From Raja brachyura (taxonomy: Eukaryota): a stretch of DNA of 64,000 nt. Below the pieces are notes generated by a model. That model was given only the letters and a program-made list of their open reading frames with translations. It was not told the origin of the DNA and made no database searches. The position numbers and the translations under genes were made by a program. This document shows, piece after piece, positions 1-12,534 of this stretch (its first letter is position 1; every line of letters begins with the position of its first letter). The stretch covers positions 75,764,001 to 75,828,000 of the forward strand of contig OY740783.1 in the NCBI GenBank assembly GCA_963514005.1, read 5' to 3'.

Positions 1-624
1 CACCTGCAGCCAATTTGTATTTTGATGATCATTCTACAATAGAGCGATTAAGATATTGGATCTCACTGTCATAAACTGGACAGCTGAAAAAGCCTGGAAT
101 TCTTTCCAGCAAGAGGTTGCTCTGCTTTATGTCAATTGTGATCCAGAATCCCATTGCAGCAGTGGAACTAAAACATTTACTGTTTAGTATCAGTAGACTA
201 TTCAATCAACTAGTATTTAACGTGAAAGATAACGATCAGATCTGATTGTTACTTACTATCAACAAATAATTTTAAATATATTGGAAATCATGGGTTGTTT
301 TTCCCTTCCTGAGTTAGTTTTTGATTAGGTCAATCTATATTCTCAAATCAACCTCGGTAAAGAACTGGGGAATAGAACTAAAGTTTTCTGTTGGTGATAC
401 ATTGCACATATGCAAATGAAATGTTTCAAATGAAATGAGCAATGATGTATGGAAAAGGGAGTGTACCAAGAGTGAGACCTACACAAAAAAATAAGAACGG
501 TCAAACATTTACATTTGAATTAAAAAAATGTCCAACAAGAATCTATTACTAACATGAATGAAATTGGGGAAATAAAACTTTTCTTTCTGAACTAGAAACT
601 TTGATTGAGAATAAAATATTTATT

Positions 625-1170
625 TTCAGGACTTGGGTGTTGCCAGCAAAGTCGGCATTTATTGCCCATCTCTAATTGCTCCCGTGAGCTGAAGCACCAG
701 CAATTATTTCCAAGTCAAGATTGTGTGCGACTTAGAGACGACACACTGGTGGTGGTATTCCCTTGCACTTGCTGTCACTTTCCTTCTTGGTATTGGACAT
801 GGTTTGGGAAGTGGTGTTGGAGACAAGTCACAGTGAAATTCTTTGCTTGCATGCCCAAGGTGTGCAATCGTCAGCACACAAAGAGCGCTGACAAAGTTAC
901 AAAGTATCCCGTGCCAGGTACACTCTTGTTCTCCTCCCCTCCCTCACGGTGGTTCCCTCCTTTGTTCTCCAATGAGCCAAATTGGATTGTTCCTGCCTTT
1001 TGTGAACAAGATACATCATGGCAATTTTCTACATTGCCTGGTAGTTGCCAGATATATAACTGCACTGGAACCACTTGGAATGAAAGTGCAGCTAGTTCAG
1101 GAGAGCATGTTTTCAGTACTACCGATTAGATTTTGTCTGGTCCCATAGTCCTTATTGTATCCAGCACTTC
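625..1170 (-). mobile_element. Old CR1/L2-clade LINE fragments
   Basis: 3' end motif ggcatttattgcccatctctaattg; resembles the decayed + strand LINEs at 29.0-30.95 kb and 43.5-44.4 kb. Confidence 0.5.
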
Positions 1171-2339
1171 TGCTTTTCCCCCCAATATTCGTGTGATGCT
1201 CATGCGAAGAGCTGACAATTGTTCATAATCTGCAAACAGATTGCTAGTATGAAGCAATGGTAGAGATGTTTAACTGGAATGAAGCATGGCGACTAGCAAA
1301 CTCAAGAGATTAGTAATCCCTGGAGACTAGCAAACTCTGGAGATGAGTAGCAAATTCTGGAGATTTGTAACTCATTGTGTGGTGTGTGTCAGTATCATGG
1401 TGTAAATTCATTCAACAGGTTTTCGGTTAATCATCTCAACACTTAGTCTTAGATATATTTACAGATTTCCAATTGGAGCCAGCAAGTTTACGACGCAAAA
1501 TGTTCTGAGGGAATGCTGCACTTGGGACAATTTTACTTTTACTGCTGTTGAAGTACATCTTAATATTGGATTTCAGTTAAAAACTAGAAAGAATGTTTGG
1601 TCTGATTCATATTTTGGTGGGAATCCACATTAAAAGTGATTGGAGTGTAGTAAGGAACTGCAGATGCTGCTTTAAACCAAAGATAGACACAGTTTGACTC
1701 TCATTCTAAAGAACGGTCTGGACCCGAAATGTCACCTATTACTTTTCTCCAGACATTTTGTCTGACCCACTGAGTTAAAAGTGGTTGATCGCTGGTTCAA
1801 AGTATCTGATAGTCAACATCAAATATAATTTTTATAAATAGTAATTTTGTACAAAATCTTTTGTTCATATTGATTATATTTTGATATATCCTCTGCACAC
1901 GCACTTCAGGACTGTTGAATTTAATGAAGATTTTATTTTCTTGGGTGGTAAAAAGACAGAACAAATTAGCTTTTAACAGAAGCAGATTTCTGAACATACA
2001 TTAATTTGGAGCAAGATTCATTTATTTTAGTTTATGCACTGCCAGATGCATTTAACTGCCCTTGTGATCTGTGTCACTTTTTTTGATCATTAAATATCAC
2101 CAACATTTGATCTTAAATAATAGTCTGCCAGAACCTACAAGTTTTCCATTTATTTTCAATAAATATTGAGGAAAAACATTAATCCTTTTCAGAAGGCCCA
2201 TTTTATATACAATGTGAAGGAATTTTATTTCAACATTCATAATGCAAAATACTCCAGGGAATATATGCCAGGAACTGGTAGGGTTGATTTTTACCATCTG
2301 GGATTTGCAGAATCCATGTTTAAATGAAGGAGAGGGTGT

Positions 2340-2563
2340 TTTAAAAATGTGGTTTTATGTTCAGGGGTAGCCATTGTTAGGCTCCTCTCACTGCATTCAA
2401 AAAGGGGTGGTGCTTAGTTACAACTGTGTCTGCAGTGACGGAATATAGTGCAGAGGAGTAAAGGCAGCAGGATTTCACACTGAATTCAGCACTGTGTCTG
2501 TGAGAGTGTCTGTGCATGCGTGTATTTTTAATTTGTTCCTTTGAATTCTAATCTTCAACAACC
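2340..2563 (+). promoter_or_regulatory. Probable proximal promoter / 5' UTR of slc1a1
   Basis: Non-repetitive sequence just upstream of the ATG with a GGGGTGG box and a TGACG half-site; transcription start cannot be placed. Confidence 0.4.
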
Positions 2564-2654
2564 ATGGGGAAGAAATCCAAAAAAGGATGTGATTTTAAAG
2601 CTGTTTTGAGGAAGAACTGGTTGCTCATGAGTACAATTCTCGCTGTAGTGTTAG
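2564..2654 (+). CDS. slc1a1: slc1a1 coding exon 1
   Basis: Kozak accATGG; MGKKSKKGCDFKAVLRKNWLLMSTILAVVL(G); donor G|GTAAGC. Confidence 0.93.
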
Positions 2655-3395
2655 GTAAGCTTTGCATGTGTAAGCTCTTGAATATTTTGTTTATGTACAA
2701 TGATTATTTCTTCGTAATGGAAAAGATCTGAATAGATTCATGTTATTATATAGTTCTGTATAATATAGCTACATTCTAGATCTTATAAGTATTCATATCA
2801 CCGTGTTAATATTAATTCCTGCTAGTGCAGCTGATGCTTAAATTGTGCGGTTTTTAATGCTTAAATTGATTGGTTTGACAATTTACACAGGATTCCATTA
2901 TAACATTGTCCCAAAGCTTTTTAAACCTACACAAAAAGAAATGCCAGGTAGCATTTTTAATGAGTTGTATATGTATCATTGCAATGAAATATCTAGTTTT
3001 AGCCAGTAAATGTAAGAGTTAATCAGCCCATCACATGAAATGGTATTTTGCAATTTTATTCTCTTTATTTATTCTCTTTTCTGTTAATTTAATTCATTTG
3101 GTTATCTATTACTTAATATTCACTGAAGGTGAGCAAACAATCTCTTCCCAGGTTGAAGCCACAGCTCTCTGTACTTAACTACTAGGAAGTATTCAGGAGT
3201 GTTTGAATTGAAATTATCTCAAATATGTGGAATTGATTTGCAAACAAAATGATGAAGAATCTACAAAAATAATTTCAGTTTCATAGTAAGCAAGGACTGC
3301 GAATGAAAGAACTAAGAGATGCTCTTTTTTCTTGTGTTGTGAGAATATCTACTTTCCGTCTGTTGGGGAAAGATGCACTATCATTTATGGGGGGG

Positions 3396-3398
<3 letters not shown>

Positions 3399-3460
<62 letters not shown>
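3399..3460. repeat. (AG)31 microsatellite preceded by a G9 run
   Basis: Directly visible. Confidence 0.98.
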
Positions 3461-3462
<2 letters not shown>

Positions 3463-4355
3463 TGTGACTGAGAAACAACAAAAGAAAAAGAAAGAGAGAG
3501 ACCTAATTGACTTGAAAAGCTTTTCAACTTTTCTCTTCAGGAATAATGGAGGAATGAACAAAGAATATAGTAACAAATGAATCATGTATCAACTGATATA
3601 CAGTAAATAATTTCTAACTGGATTTGGGTAAAAGATGCAGTTCTTTCTTATTATAATTTCATTGATAATTAAAGTAAAATTATGTTTAAAAAATCATTAT
3701 AGCTCATAAACATTACATTTGTTTTTCTAAATTTCACAAATAATGGCTAAAAGCTATGTGCATCAGGATTTTTCTCTCAATGTAATTCTGTAAAATTGAT
3801 TTCAGAGGATTATTGCAAAAACAATAATGTTCTTCCAAAGTGTCCAATCATCACCTCTAATTTACTTTACTAATTTACTAACTATCCTTCTTCTTTCAAT
3901 AACAGATTCCCTATTATCTGTATGTAACTTTCACTCCATGTCTTCTGATTACAAAACGCATGTTATCACCTGAACATCTGCAACTGGTGGCTTTATTAAT
4001 ACATAATGTATTCAAAACAGTCACGTCTGCGCTCTGGAGGAAAATAATGTTATTTGGTTGCACTTATCAGAACCCAATTCTATTCAGTATTGTTTGCACA
4101 GAATTCATTTGAATTAATTCAAAGTGATATCGTATTGTAACTGACCGGCATTCCAATGTTAATACATTACAATGAACTGCCCCTTTGATATGATTATCCG
4201 TGATCACATCAGAGATTTAAATTTTAAGTTTGCTCAGATAGATGTGGCCCATGTTTCATCCCAGCAAAAATGAAGTGTGACTAGAATTGTTTAGTCTTTG
4301 TGTATAAGTATAATATATGGTCGATAATGAGTGTTCATCCAGTGTTATTTCCTCA

Positions 4356-5289
4356 CAGTAAATCCTCATTATAATAGACCATAGGAGGGGAATGGTATCC
4401 AATATTGCAGATAACAGAATAAGGTATTGTCATTGTATAAGTAGTAGAACCAAACAACTGCAGTTGCTGGTTAATCCACAAAAGTACACAAAGTGCTGGA
4501 GTAACTCAGCAGGTCAGGCAGCATCTCAGTCTGCCTAGGCCTATGTGATCTTCTGGTTGCTAAACATCTTAACTCCCCTCCAATTCCCATACTGACCCTC
4601 TCTGTCCTGGACCTCCTCCACTGTCAGAGTAAGGCCAAACACAAATTGGAGGAACAGCACCTCATATTTTGCTTGTGCATCTTACAACCTAATGGTATCA
4701 ATATTGATTTATCTTACTGTTTTTATGCCTAGTTGTTACCTTCCCCTCAGCCAACAATGAACCATTCTACATTTCCCTGATCATCGTCTGCTTTGATCTG
4801 TATTTTTCACACCTTACCCCTCCATATCTCTAGTTTCCCTCTCCAACTCTGAAGGAGGGCCTCAACCCTAAACATCACCCATTCCTTCACTGCCTGTCCC
4901 ACTGAGTTACTCCAGCAATTTGTGTCTATATCTGGTGAACGTGGATAAGCAATGATTTGGCTCGGGACTTTTCTTCACACTCTCGGTCTGGAACCTGGGC
5001 TTGAAATCCAGGTGAGTTGACAGTCCCAGCCTGCTGGCTGCCGGGGGAGAGGTGAGGATCGGCGCAGTCATTGGTTGCGGCCCGGAGGTGGCTGGTGTGC
5101 AGGTAAAGGTTGGTGGTGGCAGGCACGGCCTGGAAGTGGCCGAGGAAGTTTTGTGAGCCAGCAGTGGCAGCAGTAGGTCTGGCTGGGGAGGCGGTGCAGG
5201 TCTGGGGTGCCTCTGGTGGTATATCAGTAGGCCTCTCTGCTATAACCAAAATCCATTATAAGGAGGTGCTTTAAAAGAAGGATTTACTG
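4356..5289. mobile_element. Non-autonomous pogo/Tigger-like DNA transposon, interrupted by a Penelope-like fragment
   Basis: TIRs cagtaaatcct... / ...aggatttactg followed by TA; GC-rich interior. Confidence 0.6.
4440..4930 (+). mobile_element. Penelope-like element 3' fragment (GIY-YIG C-terminus plus pLTR)
   Basis: Translates LLHCQSKAKHKLEEQHLIFCLCILQPNGINID; inverted pLTR piece on the left; decayed hammerhead near 4848. Confidence 0.7.
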
Positions 5290-7439
5290 TACTTGGAGAT
5301 ACTTGAAGAAAAGTTGAAGTACAGTTTTGCAGGAATTAACAAAAAGAGAGCTTGCTCAGTTATTTGAAGCTTAACAATGGAATATAGTTGCCTGCCTTTG
5401 ATGAATTTAGCGATAAGGTTTGGAATAAAGGTATCTATAGTTAGAGTGAGATTTAGCCAAGTCGTTAAAAACAGGTAAATATATCTGGAAATATCTCGGT
5501 ATGCTGGGCAACAACTGTGGAGAGAAAGAAGATGATGGGGTGCACTAACAGCTAGCTGTGAGACCATACAGAGCTGCCAGCTAGCAGCAAAGCATATGTC
5601 ATTGACTGACCTCTGATCTGACATTAGATTCACCACTGAGTCCTGTGATGTTCCTGAATGACCCTGAGCTAATGTGCCGATGCACTTCATATCCAATTCC
5701 TCAGCTTTAAGCATACATATATGAACTAGAATGCATTACCAAACTTCATTAAGGAGATTAAATTAATGTTTTAATTTTAATTTATTTGAATTAATATCAA
5801 TATTTTAATTCATTTACATAGGTTAACTGCATTTTAAATGAACTTACTTTTTAAAATCATTTCAATTTTTTTTTCAATTGTCACTAAGGGTCATAACTGA
5901 TCGTAAAACAGCAGAGACATCTGAAACAATTGGAAAGGCCTTCCAACAGCACAAGCTATTAGAAGGCATCAGAAATGTTAGTGGATGGGTTACATTTTTG
6001 CAGTCTGAAGCATAGTTGCTATTCTGCTTTCAGAATGGCCTTGACAGGAACACCTGAAGATCACTGAGAACTGTGTGGTTGCAAAACATGGCAAAACCTG
6101 TGGTGGAGGTGGAGTTGGGGAGGCAGGGAGAGTGGGGGGGTGGGAAGCTTTGTCTGTGATAAATGCATGCCAGCCAATATTACTTTTGTACCTTTGCCTT
6201 CATTATAATGTGGTGTATATATATCGAGAAGAGGATGCTACTCCTTCCAGCCTGCTCTCAGAAACAAATGGGTTGGAACAAATGGAAGCCCCAAGCAATG
6301 ATTAATTGCACAATATATCTTAGTAGTTACAGCAAATGTATTGTGATGTGATTTGAGATTTTGCTGCCCTTTAGATACAGATAAATAATTGGGAATCCAA
6401 AATTAACCATTACATTTCTGAATGGTAACTGAAATTGAGGAGAAGATATCATAATTTAGCATTTGATCATAACATGTGACACTTACAGTATATACTTTAG
6501 CCCTTCCACACATTTGATATGGAAAAATAATAAGATAAAGAGTAAGATTTGCTTGTTGATTTTGATTAGCATGGATTTTGCATTGTTTTGCTATAACTCA
6601 TATGGCTGTTCAGCAATTTCCATTGAACAACTCTAGTTTAGATCTATAGGTAGTCTCAATTTCAGTTTATCAATCATAAATCTAATTCTGTTAATCCTTA
6701 TCAATTAATGCAATCAAGAAATAATTTCTTACATCCATTTATCAGTATCACACATGACAGAACATAAAACAGAAAAGGGTAAACACAAAGTTATGTAGTT
6801 AATATAATACTGGTGAAATGTACATATGTAAACACTGAATTGTGTTCTCAATCAGTAACTAGAGTTCATTTTCGTAAACCACTAGACCTTTGGCCATTTC
6901 ATTCTGTTGATGCATAAAGTAATCCAGATGTAATAATACCATTCAGTAAATTTTAACTAAATATTATCCTGAAAAGTTAGCATGTAAATTTTAAAGATCT
7001 GTGTTGAAATAAGCTTGGAGATATGTCGCCCCTCATTATGTCTCAAACTGACACCATAAAGAGGTAATGGTTAAAAATCATGCCTATGAATCAACGATCA
7101 AGTACAATAATAAAATCACGATTATCTTTTATTCACAGGTGATCCATTCCGATATTCCAATCCATTACGATGATGGGATTTAAAACAAAATATTTGCCTA
7201 AATATTTCAGAGAGGGACATTCAAAATCTGCAAACAAATCTTTGGTGGAAATCTGTATTTTTTATCCATGGGATCAGCAATAAAAAGGATTAGGCTGTAA
7301 TTTTTTTGTGTTGGATAACAGACCAAAAACAGTGGGAATTAGGTCCTTCAATTTGCCTTGAGAGAACAGCAATCCCAAAACTGAGAACATCTATCAGAAG
7401 AAGTGAAAGTGACGATCTTCACTGGAAAAATCGAACGTT

Positions 7440-8055
7440 TAAAGATGACCATAGGAATTTGATAGAGGAGATACAGGAATATAAATGTCAGCAAATAACA
7501 ATGCAGTCTTTTAGGACTTTGGTAAGGCCGCACTTGGAGTATTCCATTGCAGGAAGGATGCGGAGGCATTTGTAAGGGTGCAGAGGTCGTTTACCAGAAT
7601 TGTGCCCTGGATTCATGGATGTTAGCTGCTAGGAGAGGTTGAACAGACATGGATTGTTTTCTCTGGAACACCAGAGGTTAAGGGGAGACAATAGAAGTAT
7701 ATAAAATTATGAGAGGCATAGATAGGGTAGGTAGAACCTTTTTCTCAGGATGGAGATTGGAGCATGGGAACTTCAGTGTGAATCTTTAAGATGAGAGGGG
7801 TAAAGTTTAAAGGCGATGTGCATGGCAATATTTTTGTTTTACACAGAGGGAGGTGGCTGCCTGGAATGTGCTGTTGGGGATGTTGGTAGAGGCAGATACC
7901 CTGGTGGCATTTACAAGACATTTGGATTGGCTCATGGATATGTGGGGACTGGAGGAATATGGATTATGTGCAGGCAGATAAGAGTTGGTTTTGGCATCAT
8001 GTTGGAATAGGCATTGTGGCCAAAGGTGCCCGTTTCTGTGCTATACTGGTCTATG
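7440..8055 (+). mobile_element. CR1 LINE 3' fragment
   Basis: LVRPHLEY motif and CR1 3' UTR. Confidence 0.8.
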
Positions 8056-8164
8056 ATAATTCCAAATTCAGTATTATGCACAGGAATTTAAATTTGACCT
8101 CTTTGTAGGAGCATAGTCATGCATTCTGAACATTCTGCACATCCAAAGTTATATTTTGGAAGAG

Positions 8165-8282
8165 TTTAAGAAGGAACTGCAGATGCTGGAAAATCGAAGG
8201 TAGACAAAAGTGCTGGAGAAACTCAGCGGGTGCAGCAGCATCTATGGAGCAAAGGAAATAGCAACGTTTCGGGCTGAAACGG
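8165..8282 (-). mobile_element. Penelope-like pLTR fragment
   Basis: gtttaagaaggaactgcagatgctgg...aacgtttcggg, shared with the other copies. Confidence 0.7.
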
Positions 8283-8349
8283 AAGAGTATGGGGTGAGTG
8301 GGGACGTCATGCTCCCAACGACCCTTTGCAAGCCCCTTGGAATGGCTCA

Positions 8350-8605
8350 GAGGCACGGCTGGTAAAGTGCCAGAGAAGTGGGCTCAAATCTGATCTCCAG
8401 TGTGTGGAGTTTGCATGCTCCCCTGTGGTAGAATGAGTTTCCAGCAGGTGCATCAGTTTCCTTTTTTAATCAGCCACTGCAAATAGCCCAAGTATTAAGA
8501 TGGCATTGATGAGAATGTGAGGAGATTAAGAATTGGATTAATGTAGGATTAGAGTTAATAGGTGGCTAATGGCTGGCAACATGGAATGGATGGCCTGTGC
8601 TGACT
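8350..8605 (+). mobile_element. Decayed HE1/V-SINE-like SINE
   Basis: tgtgtggagtttgcatg core shared with the 14732 copy. Confidence 0.5.
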
Positions 8606-8793
8606 TTAGAGGCAGGAGATGTCTTAAATAAATATTTCAGTATGCTATTTATTCTTATGAGGATGGGAATATTTAAATATTAAATTAAAAATAAATATTA
8701 TATCTAATTAAAGGGAAGCTACAAAAGCACACAGAGGAATAGGAACAAAACTAAATAGACTGCAAAAGTGGTAGGAGCACATTGGCTTGTTAT

Positions 8794-9003
8794 GTTTAAG
8801 AAAGAACGGCAGATGCTGGAAAAATCCATGGAGACAAAAATGCTGGAGAAACTGAAGGGGTGAGGAACAGGTGACATTTCGGGTCGAGACCCTTCTTCAG
8901 ACCGATCAGTCTGAAGAAGGGTCTCGACCCGAAACGTCACCTATTCCTTCGCTCTATAGATGCTGCCTCACCCGCTGAGTTTCTCTAGCATTTTTGTGTA
9001 CCT
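8794..9003. mobile_element. Fold-back Penelope-derived mini-element
   Basis: Inverted pLTR arms centred near 8905; TSD ttggct(tg/tt)ttat at 8782 and 9004. Confidence 0.8.
8911..8938 (+). ncRNA. Minimal type I hammerhead ribozyme motif
   Basis: CTGAAGA-A-GGGT(CTCG)ACCC-GAAACGTC. Confidence 0.65.
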
Positions 9004-9199
9004 TTGGCTTTTTATGTTTTTCTGTTCCTTTTCAGGAAACAAATGAATTTAAGTTTGTTTCATGTTCTTTTTTGAGTGCCCATTGTATTTGTGAAATGAA
9101 ATAACTCAACATTTCTCTACTAGCCTATTTTAAAAAAATAGATACATCATTCTACCTGAAAAAAGACTGAATAAATGCACCTTCCACTAGTTAGCCGCC

Positions 9200-9590
9200 C
9201 AAGTCCGATCAGCAGAGAAGATTATTGGCTGCAACCCTCCCTCCATTGATGAACTATACACTGCAAGGGCCAGGAAGCGAGTGGGCAAGATCATCTCTGA
9301 CCCCTCTCACCCTGGCCACAAACTCTTTGAATCACTTCCATCTGGAAGGTGACTCCGGACTGTCAAAGCTGCCACAGCCAGACATAAAAACAGTTTTTAT
9401 CCACGAGTAGTTGCTCTACTCAACAGCCAAAAATCTGTAGCCTCCCTTTGATCTGATATTTTGTTCGTTCACATGCTTGATCAATGGTGTTTGATCATTA
9501 ATGTTTTATTATTATTAATGTTTAGTGTTTTCTGAGTCATTCGTAACTGTCACTGTATGTCATGTTGTTACTCGTGGGTGGAGCATATTA
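9200..9590 (+). mobile_element. Rex/Babar-type LINE 3' fragment
   Basis: KIISDPSHPGHKLFESLPSG C-terminal motif plus 3' UTR. Confidence 0.7.
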
Positions 9591-9674
9591 CTCGAGGGCA
9601 GCATATTCTCATGAAAGAGAATATGCTGCCCTTACCCAATTTTTTTAATTTGTGGCCAATGAAATTATATGTGG

Positions 9675-10015
9675 TCCAGGTTTGAGCTTGACCTCGGGTG
9701 CTGTCTGATTGGAGTTGGCATGTTTTCCCTGTGTTGATGTCGGTTTCCTTCAGGTATTCCTGTTTCCTCCCACATCCGGAGGAATTGCGGGTTTGTGAGA
9801 TAATTGGCTTCTACAAAATAGCCCTAATGACCAGTCATAGAGTGAAACAGCGTGGAAACAGGATCTTCGGCCCAACTTGCCCACACCGGCCAACATGTCC
9901 CAGCTACACAGATGAGATGGTGGAAAAACGTAGAACTAGTGTGATTGGGTGATCAACAGTTGGCGTGCTCGTTGGGTTGAAGGGACTGTTTCCATGCTGT
10001 ATCTCTAAACTAAAC
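9675..10015 (+). mobile_element. HE1/V-SINE-like SINE containing a short CR1 tail (about 9833-9910)
   Basis: SINE core; ends tgtatctctaaactaaac. Confidence 0.65.
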
Positions 10016-10489
10016 AGTGATGCCTACCCGTGCCTGTTGGCTCAATATTTTCTCATTATGGCATGAACTACACAACATCTTATTTATTGCTGATATCCAG
10101 ATGGACAAAGATCCTTGTTTTGTAGAAAATCAAGCCTGTCATGTAAATGAGGGATGGAAATGATCAAGGAGTTGAATGACACTCTCATGTTAGAACTCCT
10201 GAACAATTGAAGAGGTGCTTAGTTCCACAATTTGTAAGATAAATGTTATGGTAATTGGAAAATTATCCATTGAGGATTGACCTAAAGTTATGTGTTAAAT
10301 CCCAGTTTAGAAATGTCATCCAGGATTAATTCATAATACTGGCACCTATTAGTAGATTGTAGATTCATGTTTCTTCATGGATTAGAGAAATCGATGAGGT
10401 GTTAAACAGAAGTCTTTAATTTCCATTCTGGTATGACTGAAATATCCCACAATGGTCTTTAAATAAGGGTCTAATAATGTAAATAGTCT

Positions 10490-12180
10490 TACAGCACAGA
10501 AATGGGTCTTCAGCCCTCTTGTCCATGCCTACAAAGACACCACATTATCCCATGTTTGATGTATATCTCTCTGTCCATGTACCTGTCCGATTGTCTTTTA
10601 AATGCTATTAGTTTACTTGCCTCGACTATTTCCTCTGGTCGCTTGTTCCATAAATGTACCACCCTCTTTGTGAAAAAGGTTGCCCCTCAAATTCATATTA
10701 AATCTTTCCCTTCTCACCTTAAACCTATGCTCACTAGTTCTTGATTTCACACATTTTGGAAAAATACTGTGTGCGTTCACCCAAACTATGCCCTTCGTGA
10801 TGTTGTACACCTTTATAAAAATAACCCCTTAGTCTTCCATGCTCCAAGGAATAAAGGAATTATCTATTTGAATGAATGAATGAATGAATAGGTTTATTGG
10901 CCAAGTATTCACATACAAGGAATTTGCCTTGGTGCTCCGCCTGCAAGTGACAACATGACATACAGTGACAATTAGGAAAGACACATAAAACATTATTGAT
11001 TAAACATGTGAATTAAATAAAATACCAAAGCAAAAGGAGGCTACAGATTTTTGGTTATTGAGTAGAGCTACTACTCATGGAAAAAAGCTGTTTTTATGTC
11101 TGGCTGTGGCAGCTTTGACAGTCCGGAGTCGCCTCCCAGAGGGAAGTGATTCAAAGAGTTTGTGGCCAGGGTGAGAGGGGTCAGAGATGATCTTGCCCGC
11201 TCACTTCCTGGCCCTTGCAGTGTACAGTTTGTCAATGGAGGGAAGATTGCAGCCAATAACTTTCTCAGATATTCATCAGTTCCTCTGTTCTATAACACTT
11301 CCCAGGACCCTACTCTTCATTGTGAAATTTCTACCCTGGTTCAACTTCCCAAATTGCAACACCCCACATTTATCTGTATTAAACTCCATCTGCCTTTTTC
11401 CTGCCAACTTACCCAGCTGATCAAGGCCGCTTGACAGCTTTCTTCATTTTCTTCATCCCTCAACTATTTTAGTGACATCTGCAAACTTTCTGACCATGCC
11501 TTGTACATTCCCATCCAAATCTTGATGTAAATGACAACCAACAGTGGGCTCAGCTCCAACTGCTGAGGCATACACCTAATCAACGCCCTGCAGTCTGCAA
11601 GAAAACCTTCCACCATCACTAAATGAGTCTGCAGAAGGTTTCCAACCCAAAATGTTGCCTATCCATGTTCTTCAGGGATGCTGCCTGACCCACTTAGTTT
11701 TTTGTGTCTATTTTCCACCATCATCCTCTACTTCCTACCATCAAGCCAATTATGTATCCAAAAAGGTAGCTCTCCTTGGATCCCATGCGATCCAAACTTC
11801 CTGAACAGACTAAAATGTGGAAACTTATCAAATGCCTTGCTGAAGTCCATATAGATTATATCATCTGCTCTGCCTTCATTAACCTTCTTGGTTATTTCTT
11901 TGAAAAATTCAATCATATTCATGCGACATGATTTTCATTACACAAAGGCATGCTTAGTATCCCTAATTAACTCCTGCCTTTGAAATTGCATATATATCTT
12001 ATCCCTCAGAATACCCTCCAGGAACCCACCTACCATGGATGTCAGGCTTACTACTCAATAGTTACCAAGTTTTTCTTTGCATCTCTTCTTAAACAAAGGC
12101 ACAACATCCTCCAGTCTTTCGGCATCTCACTTGTGGTCTATGATGATACATATCTCTCAGCCAGGGCTCCTGCAATTTCT
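10490..12180 (-). mobile_element. CR1 LINE RT fragment, interrupted by Rex-type and Penelope insertions
   Basis: YMDFSKAFDK ORF 11728-11922; Penelope insert with TSD ttccaccatca at 11608/11713. Confidence 0.8.
10868..11270 (-). mobile_element. Rex/Babar-type LINE 3' fragment with (ATTC)n tail
   Basis: Reverse complement of the 9200-9590 copy; (gaat)n at 10870-10890. Confidence 0.75.
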
Positions 12181-12182
12181 TT

Positions 12183-12534
12183 GAGTATTGTGTGCAGTTT
12201 TGGTCTCCAAATTTGAGGAAGGACATTCTTGCTATTGAGGGAGTACAGCATAGGTTCACGAGGTTAATTCCCGGGATGGCGGGATTGTCATATGTTGATA
12301 GAATGGAGCAGCTGGGCTTGTATACTCTGGAATTTAGTAGGATGAGAGGAGATCTTTGAAACTTATAAGATTATTATGGGTTTGGACATGCTAGAGGCAG
12401 GAAACGTGTTCCAATGTAGGGGCAGTCCAGAACCAGGGGCCACAGTTTAAGAATAAGGGGTAAGACATTTAGAACAGAGATGAGGAAATACCTTTTCACA
12501 CAGAGAGTTGTGAATTTGTGGAATTCTCTGCCTC
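12183..12534 (+). mobile_element. CR1 fragment (+ strand part of a fold-back junction)
   Basis: EYCVQFWSP...FTQRVVNLWNSLP. Confidence 0.85.

Noticed and set aside
605-1148. 174-aa and 101-aa ORFs
   Set aside because: Antisense to decayed LINE sequence; no recognisable protein
1288-1365. Short degenerate tandem repeat (gactagcaaactctggaga)
   Set aside because: Few imperfect units; ordinary slippage
2485-2510. RE1/NRSE-like ttcagcac...gagagtgtc upstream of the ATG
   Set aside because: Only the left half matches; spacing and right half are poor
3281-3585. ORFs with SL/RE dipeptide runs
   Set aside because: Translations of the (AG)n microsatellite
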